In this document: positions 1 through 7,504 of the stretch, piece after piece
How the letters are laid out: each line of letters opens with the position of its first letter
Position numbering within the stretch: position 1 is the stretch's first letter
NCBI GenBank assembly: GCA_030141605.1
Contig: JAQGDQ010002172.1
Coordinates: 1 to 11,751, forward strand
DNA: 11,751 bases
DNA from: Tubiluchus corallicola
Lineage: Eukaryota; Animalia; Priapulida
Direction: 5' to 3'
Position numbers and translations under genes: made by a program
Notes under the pieces: generated by a model
Told to the model about the DNA's origin: nothing
Database searches by the model: none
What the model saw: the letters and a program-made list of their open reading frames with translations, nothing else

Positions 1-9
1 AATAACATG

Positions 10-210
10 AAATTTTGGCTAATTTTGGTGTGAAACAATCAATTTTTAGCTAATTTTGCTATAATTTTGGGTGATTTCGGTCTGAAACAATTCATTTTTA
101 GCTAATTTGGTAATAATAAATTGAAATTTTGGCTGATTTCGGTCTGAAACAATCAATTTTTAGCTAATTTGGTTATAATTTCAGCTGATTTCGATCCAAA
201 ACAATCAACA
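10..210. repeat. Degenerate AT-rich tandem repeat, ~50-60 bp unit, 3-4 copies
   Basis: Recurring AATTTTGGCTGATTTCGGTCTGAAACAATCAATTTTTAGCTAATTT-like blocks. Confidence 0.75.
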
Positions 211-486
211 ACATTTGCAGCATTTTTCCGTCTATTTTAATCATAGAATTACAACTGTATGTAGTTACTTAGGCATAACGTATAGTAGTAGTACATCAAT
301 TTTAAACTATTTTTACACAATAAGTGTATTAACATATACACTCGGGCATCTGTAGCACAATGGATATGTCATCGAACATTCTTCTTGCATCCCAGAGATT
401 GCTTGGTCCACTTGATAGTGTTTTCGGCAGTTGTGCTTAATGGAACTTAAATGCTATGGGTGACGGTCAGAGCTTTTGCGGAGCTC

Positions 487-522
487 GCCGTGTGGTCAAG
501 CATTTTGCCGTGTGGTCAAGCA
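487..522. repeat. Short direct duplication (20-bp period)
   Basis: GCCGTGTGGTCAAGCA occurs twice in tandem. Confidence 0.8.
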
Positions 523-592
523 GTTCCAATTTGTCCATTTTTGCATATGGAACCTTCTGAATATTCTCTAACTCTTTTTTCTATTTCCACAG

Positions 593-1492
593 GTGACCAC
601 AGTCCAGCCGAGGACGATTGTGCAATAGATCCCGGCCAAAGGCGCCATCTGCACTCTGCCGAAATTTTCGCGGCCGCTCACTCGCCGCCGGTAGGCGGCA
701 GCATCAAGGCGTTTCTCCCGGACGGAAGTCCGAAGATGGGAAGGCCGTCTGCCGGCGCGCCCAACATGGCCGCCGTCGAGGAGGGAATTAAACCGCAAAC
801 GGAGGAAGCATATCGGCTGCTCCAGCCGGTGGAGGGCGACCTGATTTCCATGCAGAGTCTCGGCCGGCTCAGCCTGGTCATGGACGAGATTCCGCCCGTC
901 CTGCCGGATTCGCGCGCCACGGACGCGGGACGATGCACGAACCCGTTTGTCGTTCAGCGCTCCAGCACCAATCCGTTTGTCAACATTCCCGACTTGACCG
1001 TCAATTCTCTGGCCAACGACTTGACCGTCAATTCTCTGGCCAACGACTTGACCGTCAACTCTCTGGCCAACGATTTTGCCGCCAGTTCGATTTCTCGCAA
1101 CGACCGGACCGACCTGAGCGCGTTCGATCCGCTTGCTATCGCGGAGCCGCCGACCGTCGCCTACGATCCGTGGCTCTGCAAGCCCGTCGCTAAACCGAAG
1201 ACGTCGCAGCAGGCGGATTCTTCCGGATTCGACGAGTTCGACCCGTTTGCTTCCGCGCCCCTTCGTACGAATCCTTTCGCGGGGCAGTCCCAGAAACCGG
1301 TCGCCGTCGTGGATCCGTGGATTCCGCAAAACGACGAGGCACCCGCCAGTTTTGTTCATCAAAGTGGTACGAAAGCCTTCCAGCCGGTGGACGAATCAGA
1401 GGCTCGGTCATTTCAACCCATCCCGGGGATACTGAAAACTAGAGGAAGCTTTGAGTCTGACAGCGCTCTGGCCCCTAGCAGCCTTGGCACAG
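593..1492 (+). CDS. GAPVD1: Internal coding exon A (900 nt, phase 1-1) of GAPVD1-like gene; disordered linker with NPF/DPW/DPF motifs
   Basis: Branch-like CTAAC at 568-572, polypyrimidine tract and CCACAG acceptor (AG 591-592). Sharp GC rise. Open frame (G)DHSPAEDD...SSLGT(G). Donor CAG|GTATAG at 1493. Phase matches exon B. Gene identity comes from the downstream exons. Confidence 0.85.
991..1074 (+). repeat. Coding 27-bp minisatellite x3 (DLTVNSLAN)
   Basis: GACTTGACCGTCAA(T/C)TCTCTGGCCAAC at 991, 1018 and 1045. Confidence 0.95.
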
Positions 1493-1526
1493 GTATAGTA
1501 ATTATGTAATAAGTTTAATTTTCAGT

Positions 1527-2220
1527 TCTGTTTGCGATCATTTAAAGTGCAAGTCAACTTTTTTTTACATGTATGTAAGTATAGTTTGGGGTAGTTTAAA
1601 GTGCAAGTCAACTTTTTTTGCTTATGTGAGAAAACTGTTTGCGATCATTTAAAGTGCAAGTCAACTTTTTTTGCTTATGTGAGAAAACTGTTTGCGATCG
1701 TTTAAAGTGCAAGTCAACTTTTTTTACTCATATGTAAGTATAGTTTGTGGTAGTTTAAAGTGCAAGTCAACTTTTTTTGCTTGTGTTAATACTGTTTGCT
1801 ATCATTTAAAGTGCAAGTCAACTTTTTTTGTTTATGTGAAAATACTGTTTGCGATCATTCATAGTGCAAGTAAACTTTTTTTACTCATATGTAAGTATAG
1901 TTTGTGGTAGTTTAAAGTGCAAGTCAACTTTTTTGCTTATCTGTGAATACTGTTTGCTATCATTTAAAGTGCAAGTCAACTTTTTTTGCTTATGTGAAAA
2001 TACTGTTTGCGATCATTTAAAGTGCAAGTCAACTTTTTTTACTCATATGTAAGTATAGTTTGTGGTAGGTTAAAGTGCTAGTCAACTTTTTTTGCTTATG
2101 TGTGAATACTGTTTGCGATCATTTAAAAAAGTGCAAGTCAACTTTTGTTACACATGTAAGTATAGTTCGTGACTGTTTAAAGTGCAAGTCAACTTTTTTT
2201 TGCTTATGTGAGAAAACTGT
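1527..2220. repeat. Intronic minisatellite, ~53-bp unit, ~13 copies, with higher-order structure
   Basis: Core TTTAAAGTGCAAGTCAACTTTTTT recurs about every 52-55 bp, with two alternating spacer types. Confidence 0.92.
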
Positions 2221-2355
2221 TTGCTGATTTTGCGATTCAACTTCTGTATTTTGCTGATTTTGCGATTCAACTTCTGTATTTTGCTGATTTTGCAATTCAA
2301 CTTCTGTATTTTGCTGTTTTTGCGATTCAACTTCTGTATTTTTGCTGATTTTGCG
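2221..2355. repeat. 30-bp tandem repeat x4.5 next to the exon B acceptor
   Basis: TTGCTGATTTTGCGATTCAACTTCTGTATT at 2221, 2251, 2281 and 2311, plus a partial copy. Confidence 0.95.
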
Positions 2356-2371
2356 TCCGCTTTCTCTTCAG

Positions 2372-2574
2372 GTCTCGACGTCCATCGTGCGAGTGACAGC
2401 AGCAGCCTCGCCAGCAGCCTGGATGTGGAAAAGGGGCGGACAGGAAGTGCCGGCAGCAGCAGCTCCAGTAGGGAGGGATCGTTTGCGGAGCACACCGGCA
2501 AAGAGGCACCCCCTACTGTGACGCCTCCGACTGCCGTGGCAAAGTCTATTAGTTTCGATCAGAGTGCCGAAAAG
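2372..2574 (+). CDS. GAPVD1: Internal coding exon B (203 nt, phase 1-0) of GAPVD1-like gene
   Basis: Acceptor TTTCTCTTCAG (AG 2370-2371). Encodes (G)LDVHRASDSSS...AVAKSISFDQSAEK. Donor AAG|GTGCGT at 2575. KSISFD resembles a motif I recall from invertebrate GAPex-5 proteins. Confidence 0.85.
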
Positions 2575-2994
2575 GTGCGTGAAAGTTAGGCACAGTTGAT
2601 TCTAACCAGTATTTAGATTGATGAATAGTGGCAGATTTTTCAAAGGTGCGTAAGGCATTCACAAGCTTCGAAAGTTAGGCACAGTTGATTCTAGCCAGTA
2701 TTTGGATTGATGATTAGTGGCAGATTTTTCAAAGGTGCGTAGGCATTCACAAGCTTCGAAAGTTAGGCACAGTTGATTCTAACCAGTATTTGGATTGATG
2801 ATTAGTGGCAGATTTTTCAAAGGTGCGTAGGCATTCACAAGGTTTGAAAGTTAGGCACAGTTGAATCTAACCAGTATTTGGATTGATGATTAGTGGCAGA
2901 TTTTTCAAAGGTGCGTAGGCATTCACAAGCTTCGAAAGTTAGGCACAGTTGATTCTAACCAGTATTTGGATTGATGATTAGTGGCAGATTTTTC
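2571..2994. repeat. 88-89-bp tandem repeat, ~5 copies, containing the exon B donor sequence
   Basis: AAAGGTGCGT at 2571, 2642, 2731, 2819 and 2907, each followed by ...GAAAGTTAGGCACAGTTGATTCTAACCAGTATTTGGATTGATGATTAGTGGCAGATTTTTC. The first unit is shorter (71 bp). Confidence 0.95.
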
Positions 2995-3054
2995 TTTTCT
3001 AAATAAGCGATCACACTTCTAGAATTTCCACTAGAAAAACAATGTTTAAGAATA

Positions 3055-3725
3055 TGTAATAAATGAATGTAATAATAAACAGAAAGGTTTATTATTTTTA
3101 TTTTAGGAAATTTGTAATAAATAAGCATTTCTGTTTTTTAGTTTAGAAAATGTTTCTCTCTATCACCTTCAGGTAAATGTAATAAGCAAGTGCATATGTT
3201 TAGTATTTTGCAAAGTATGTACCAAAAAGTACTTTTGTTTATTACCGTAGGAAATATGTAGTTATCAAGAGTTTCAATTTATAGCTTTAGGAAATATGTA
3301 ATAAGCAAACGTGTCTGTTTATTACTTTTTCAACTACATGGTAAAACAGACATTTTTATTTATTACTTTAAGATGAAATAGAGGTGCTTGATTATGCAAT
3401 AAATACGTAATAAGCAGACATTTTTGTTTATTACTTTAAGGTGAATTACAAGTGCTTGGTAATGCAATAAAAATGTAATAAACAAGTATGTCTGTTTATT
3501 ACTTTAAGATGGACTGAGCTGTTTGATAATGCAATAAAATGTAATAAACAAACAATCTTGTTTATTACTTCAGCATCAATTGGATCTGCTTCTTATTGCT
3601 GTATAATGTAGTAAACAAACATTTTTGTTTATTACGTCAGTATCAATTGAAGCTGTTCGATAATGCAATAAAAACGTAATAAACAAGCATTTTTGTTTAT
3701 TTTTCTAGGATGAATTGGAACTGCT
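3055..3725. repeat. Old degenerate tandem array (~40-70-bp units) with internal palindrome, running into exon C
   Basis: Repeated GTAATAA(A/G)CA...TGTTTATTAC hairpin motif (for example at 3298, 3407, 3475, 3541, 3677). Confidence 0.75.
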
Positions 3726-3799
3726 GGACAAGTCTGGGTCAAGAAAAGGTTTCAGTATAACCTCAAATATCAGCGGTAGATTCAAGCAAGTTTTCAGAG
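3709..3799 (+). CDS. GAPVD1: Internal coding exon C (91 nt, phase 0-1) of GAPVD1-like gene
   Basis: Acceptor TTTTTCTAG (AG 3707-3708). Encodes DELELLDKSGSRKGFSITSNISGRFKQVFR(G). Donor GAG|GTAAAC at 3800. Restores phase between exons B and D. Not in the ORF track because it is short. Confidence 0.78.
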
Positions 3800-3877
3800 G
3801 TAAACAAGTAAAGTAAACAAGTAAAGTAAACAAGGAAAGTAAACAAGTAAAGTAAACAAGGAAAGTAAACAAGTAAA
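3800..3877. repeat. 13-bp tandem repeat x6 starting exactly at the exon C donor GT
   Basis: GTAAACAAG(T/G)AAA at 3800, 3813, 3826, 3839, 3852 and 3865. Confidence 0.95.
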
Positions 3878-4191
3878 GGACTGGAAACGATTGTTATTTT
3901 TTCTCGAGTATTGAGTTTGCACCAAAATCAGAAAAAAAATTACGTTACGTTTTAAAACCTTTTTTAAATTTATTTCAATTGTGTTTTTTTCTCGGACAGA
4001 TTTTTTTTTGTTCTCGGGTTCTAGATTTCATAGATTCTATGTTTATTATGTCCAACGTTATTACATCGATGAATCGAGTTTGAAAATCGCCTGCTTGTTA
4101 TGTTTTGTTCTTATTCATTTTATCTTCTTTTCCCGCTTTTTTTCTATTTCTGTGAAATGTGTCGATCCGATGCATTAGCTTTCCAGTGATG

Positions 4192-4210
4192 GACTGACTG
4201 ACTGACTGAC
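4192..4210. repeat. (GACT)n microsatellite
   Basis: GACTGACTGACTGACTGAC. Confidence 0.8.
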
Positions 4211-4230
4211 CGTACCTATATGAGAGCTGC

Positions 4231-5408
4231 ATTCATGTCTCGGTTTGCCGGACAAAAGTGCTGAGATGTCGGTCCGAATTTGCCGATTGTCCGTATTTAC
4301 CGATACTAAGCAAATACAGTAGGTGCCCGTGCATTAGACTCACGGTAATGTAGAATCAATCGCCTAATTGTCTCAAAAACGTCTAGTATGGGCCGCTTCT
4401 ACGCAAAAGTATATAAAAACTGTCTGCAATTATTAAACGTACTGTAATGTAGAATCAATCGCCTAATTGTCTCAAAAACGTCTAGTATGGGCCACTTCTA
4501 TGCAAAAGTATATAAAAACTGTCTGCAATTATGTAGAATCAATCGCCTAATTGTCTCAAAAACGTCTAGTATGGACCACTTCTATACAAAAGTATATAAA
4601 AACTGTCTGCAATTATTAGACTCACGGTAATGTAGAATCAATCGCCTAATTGTCTCAAAAACGTCTAGTATGGGCCGCTTCTACGCAAAAGTATATAAAA
4701 ACTGTCTGCAATTATTAAACAATGGTATGTAGAATCAATCGCCTAATTGTCTCAAAAACGTCTAGTATGGACCACTTCTATACAAAAGTATATAAAAACT
4801 GTCTGCAATTATGTAGAATCAATCGCCTAATTGTCTCAAAAACGTCTAGTATGGGCCGCTTCTATACAAAAGTATATAAAAACTGTCTGCAATTATGTAG
4901 AATCAATCGCCTAATTGTCTCAAAAACGTCTAGTATGGGCCGCTTCTATACAAAAGTATATAAAAACTGTCTGCAATTATGTAGAATCAATCGCCTAATT
5001 GTCTCAAAAACGCCTAGTGTAGACTGCTCCAGTGCAAAAGTATATAAAAACTGTCTCAATATTTGTGGCAATTGACTCAAATAACTCCGCATAATTGACT
5101 CTATATTTTTTCTGCACACGATTAAATAAGATACTTTTGTGCGACCAATGAGCTTTTACTATTTCTATATCGTCTTACTTTGCTTTTTTACGCTATATAC
5201 ATATAAACAATCAGTTCAAGTGCAGTCATTACACGCTGCTTGGTTACACTGATGTGGTGACGTAAACAAAGTGACGGCCCGACAACTAGCGGTCAGCTCG
5301 CGAAATAACTGACCGTGTCCGTAGTGTGCCGGACTTTTTAGCGGTTCAGGTTTTGTCCGATTTTTCCGATATCCGTAAAAGCGACGTACGGCAAACCGAG
5401 ATATGAGT
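4231..5408. mobile_element. Putative non-autonomous DNA element bounded by 23-bp inverted repeats and carrying an internal tandem array
   Basis: ATTCATGTCTCGGTTTGCCGGAC (4231-4253) versus GTACGGCAAACCGAGATATGAGT (5386-5408): 20/23 reverse-complement match. No clear TSD and no transposase ORF. Confidence 0.5.
4334..5061. repeat. 84-bp tandem repeat x8 with occasional 13-15-bp linkers
   Basis: TGTAGAATCAATCGCCTAATTGTCTCAAAAACGTCTAGTATGG...CTGTCTGCAATTA starting at 4349, 4448, 4532, 4631, 4728, 4812, 4896 and 4980. Confidence 0.95.
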
Positions 5409-5461
5409 ATCTTTATTTATAATTTCATATCTATCTATTAGTATAATGTAAGGTTATAAGA

Positions 5462-5770
5462 ATTATGTATGTGTTAGCTCAAAACCAATTTAATTACAAG
5501 ATTAGACACTTATGGTACAAATTCTTAATTTTAAAATAACTGAAATCAAACTTGAAATTGCAAAAAAAGTTTGTTTAGCGACCACACCTGGAATTGAACC
5601 AGGAACCATTGAATGTATTATGTATGTATTAATCTCAAAACCAATTTAATTACAAGATTAGACACTTATGGTACAAATTCTTAATTTTGAAATAATTGAA
5701 ATCAAACTTGAAATGCGAAAAAAAGTTTGTTTAGCGACCACACCTAGAATTGAACCAGGAACCATTAAAT
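5462..5770. repeat. ~156-bp tandem duplication (2 copies)
   Basis: ATTATGTATGT...CTCAAAACCAATTTAATTACAAGATTAGACAC...GAATTGAACCAGGAACCATT repeated at ~5462 and ~5618. Confidence 0.92.
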
Positions 5771-5805
5771 TATGAGCTCAAAATAAGGTCAGTTGACTAC
5801 ACGTT
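5735..5805 (-). pseudogene. Degenerate tRNA-Met(CAT)-like sequence / tRNA-derived SINE head
   Basis: Minus strand reads TTGAG-CTCATAA-TTTAA (anticodon-arm-like, CAT), then TGGTT, then CCTGG-TTCAATT-CTAGG (T-arm/B-box). The T-arm is perfect in the duplicate copy at 5587-5603. Acceptor stem and D-arm pair poorly. Confidence 0.4.
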
Positions 5806-5848
5806 TGTAAGCCGCTATTCCACGATGATTTTTTCTGCCTTATTACAG

Positions 5849-5968
5849 GTCGTTCTAGGAAATCGCCCAAGCTGATTGCGGATCGTGACGAGGCTCAGGG
5901 GGTCATAGAGTCGGGCGGGGCCGGCGACCCCGCCCACAGGATTCCAGCTGACGACGGCGCCAGAATGG
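5849..5968 (+). CDS. GAPVD1: Internal coding exon D (120 nt, phase 1-1) of GAPVD1-like gene
   Basis: Acceptor TTTTTCTGCCTTATTACAG (AG 5847-5848). GC-rich. Encodes (G)RSRKSPKLIADRDEAQGVIESGGAGDPAHRIPADDGARM. Donor TGG|GTGAGA at 5969. Confidence 0.8.
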
Positions 5969-5987
5969 GTGAGAAGATGTCCTTTCT

Positions 5988-6274
5988 TTAACTCGTTCAG
6001 GACCGTAAGCGTTTCCTGCATTTTGGACGGGTTCATGAAAAACTGCTCTCACAAAGCAGCGATCACGTTATATTTGATAATTTTTGTAGCTTCCTACTCC
6101 CCACACAATGGATTTTCATGCAAACTTTTGTATGAAATGTATACGTTCACCTTAGACAAATTAATAATCGATTTTTGACGAAAAATTCCAAATAAATTTT
6201 TCAGTAACTGCAGTGTTTGCGCTGTAACAAAGTGCAAGTATCACTTGTGTGAAATCGGCTATTGTAGAAAATTT
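5988..6274 (+). mobile_element. DNA-transposon-like segment, left arm of a long inverted repeat; starts TTAA|CTC (piggyBac-like terminus)
   Basis: Aligns by eye to the reverse complement of 9932-10227. Shared blocks include ACGGGTTCATGAAAAACTGCTCTCAC, TTATATTTGATAATTTTTGTAG, AATCGATTTTTGAC and TTTCAGTAACTGCAGTGTTTGC. Confidence 0.7.
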
Positions 6275-6276
6275 TG

Positions 6277-6357
6277 TCTCCTCCGTCTCATTATCTCCGC
6301 CGCCTTGATGAAGATATCCGCCCGTTTTTCCAAGGGTTGCTTCTCCCAGGACTTCAT
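6277..6357 (-). pseudogene. Isolated gene fragment resembling aldehyde dehydrogenase superfamily (P5C dehydrogenase-like) N-terminal helix
   Basis: GC-rich island in an AT-rich intron. Minus strand translates MKSWEKQPLEKRADIFIKAAEIMRRRR, which fits the W-x7-R-A-x-I-x2-K-A-A-x-I-x-R-R-R pattern I recall from P5C dehydrogenases. Confidence 0.6.
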
Positions 6358-6436
6358 CGAATTAAATCACTTATAGATGTGTAAATGAATAGAACGATTG
6401 GATAGTCGAGATTCTCCTGAATAGAACAGTACTTAA

Positions 6437-7048
6437 TTTGTTATCATTTAGTTATGCCTGTTGTCGTGCATTTGTAATCATTTAGTTATGCCTGTTCTCC
6501 TGCATTTGTAATCATTTAGTTATGCCTGTTCTCGTGCATTTGTAATCATTTAGTTATGCCTGTTCTCGTGCATTTGTAATCATTTAGTTATGCCTGTTCT
6601 CGTGCATTTGTAATCATTTAGTTATGCCTGTTCTCATGCATTTGTAATCATTTAGTTATGCCTGTTCTCGTGCATTTGTAATCATTTAGTTATGCCTATT
6701 CTCGTGCATTTGTAATCATTTAGTTATGCCTGTTCTCGTGCATTTGTAATCATTTAGTTATGCCTGTTGTCGTGCATTTGTAATCATTTAGTTATGCCTG
6801 TTCTCGTGTATTTGTAATCATTTAGTTATGCCTGTTCTCGTGCATTTGTAATCATTTAGTTATGCCTGTTCTCGTGCATTTGTAATCATTTAGTTATGCC
6901 TGTTCTCGTGCATTTGTAATCATTTAGTCATGCCTGTTCTCGTGCATTAGTAATCATTTAGTTATGCCTGTTCCCGTGCATTTGTAATCATTTAGTTATG
7001 CCTGTTCTCGTGCATTAGTAATCATTTAGTTATGCCTGTTCTCGTGCA
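6437..7048. repeat. 34-bp minisatellite, 18 near-identical copies
   Basis: TTTGTAATCATTTAGTTATGCCTGTTCTCGTGCA; 612 bp = 18 x 34. Confidence 0.97.
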
Positions 7049-7075
7049 GTGGAAGAAAACTCACAGGTCTTATAA

Positions 7076-7147
7076 GACCAGACGGTTTAGTTTGACCAGA
7101 CGGTTTAGTTTGACCAGACGGTTTAGTTTGACCAGACGGTTTAGTCT
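7076..7147. repeat. 18-bp tandem repeat x4 formed from the SINE 5' end
   Basis: GACCAGACGGTTTAGTTT at 7076, 7094 and 7112, and GACCAGACGGTTTAGTCT at 7130. Confidence 0.93.
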
Positions 7148-7383
7148 AGTGGTAATGCGTCTGCTTTCCGTCTGGGAGGTTGTGAGTTCGAACCAGCGGC
7201 CGGGTCATACCAAAGACTTTAAAAATGGTACCTGCTGTTGCCCTGCCTGACGCGTGGTATTTAGTGTAAAAGTGGGGTAATAATAGTCTCTGTTATGTAG
7301 TTGTAGGTCGTTATTTACAGTCGGCGATAATAGCTCTTTGAGCTAATGTTCACTGTTGACCGAAAAGCCGACTTTAAATAAAG

Positions 7384-7423
<40 letters not shown>

Positions 7424-7448
7424 TTGTTTTTATTTTTATTTTTATTTA

Positions 7449-7503
<55 letters not shown>
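7130..7503 (+). mobile_element. tRNA-derived SINE with (TTA)n tail, probably MetaSINE-type core
   Basis: A-box-like TAGTCTAGTGG at 7142-7152 and B-box GAGTTCGAACC at 7184-7194. Central GGTCATACCAAAGACTTTAAAAATGGTACCTGCTG...CCCTGCCTGACGC resembles the conserved Meta core as I recall it. Long (TAT)n tail at 7384-7503. Possible TSD ATAAGA at 7072-7077 and 7506-7511. Confidence 0.8.

Positions 7504-7504
<1 letters not shown>

Noticed and set aside
451-592. N-terminal part of the 352-aa ORF (MLWVTV...) as a gene start
   Set aside because: Lies upstream of a clear branch point, pyrimidine tract and acceptor at 591-592 and has intron-like composition. The ORF is an internal exon with chance read-through.
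568-1435. Antisense 264-aa ORF and other overlapping ORFs (678-938, 933-1193, 1133-1435, 1190-1411)
   Set aside because: Shadow frames of a GC-rich coding exon with no recognisable protein features.
1692-2370. ORFs in the 53-bp and 30-bp arrays (including KIQKLNRKIS and LLILRFNFCI repeats)
   Set aside because: Translations of intronic tandem repeats.
4334-5075. CRISPR-like array or 117-aa repeat protein
   Set aside because: Repeat is 84 bp with absent or short related linkers, there are no cas genes and the context is a eukaryotic intron. The ORF is a 28-codon unit read through.
6437-7048. 34-bp repeats as CRISPR direct repeats
   Set aside because: Head-to-tail copies with no spacers.
7130-7205. 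Functional tRNA gene
   Set aside because: A and B boxes are present, but the anticodon and acceptor stems do not pair, and the sequence continues into a SINE body and tail.
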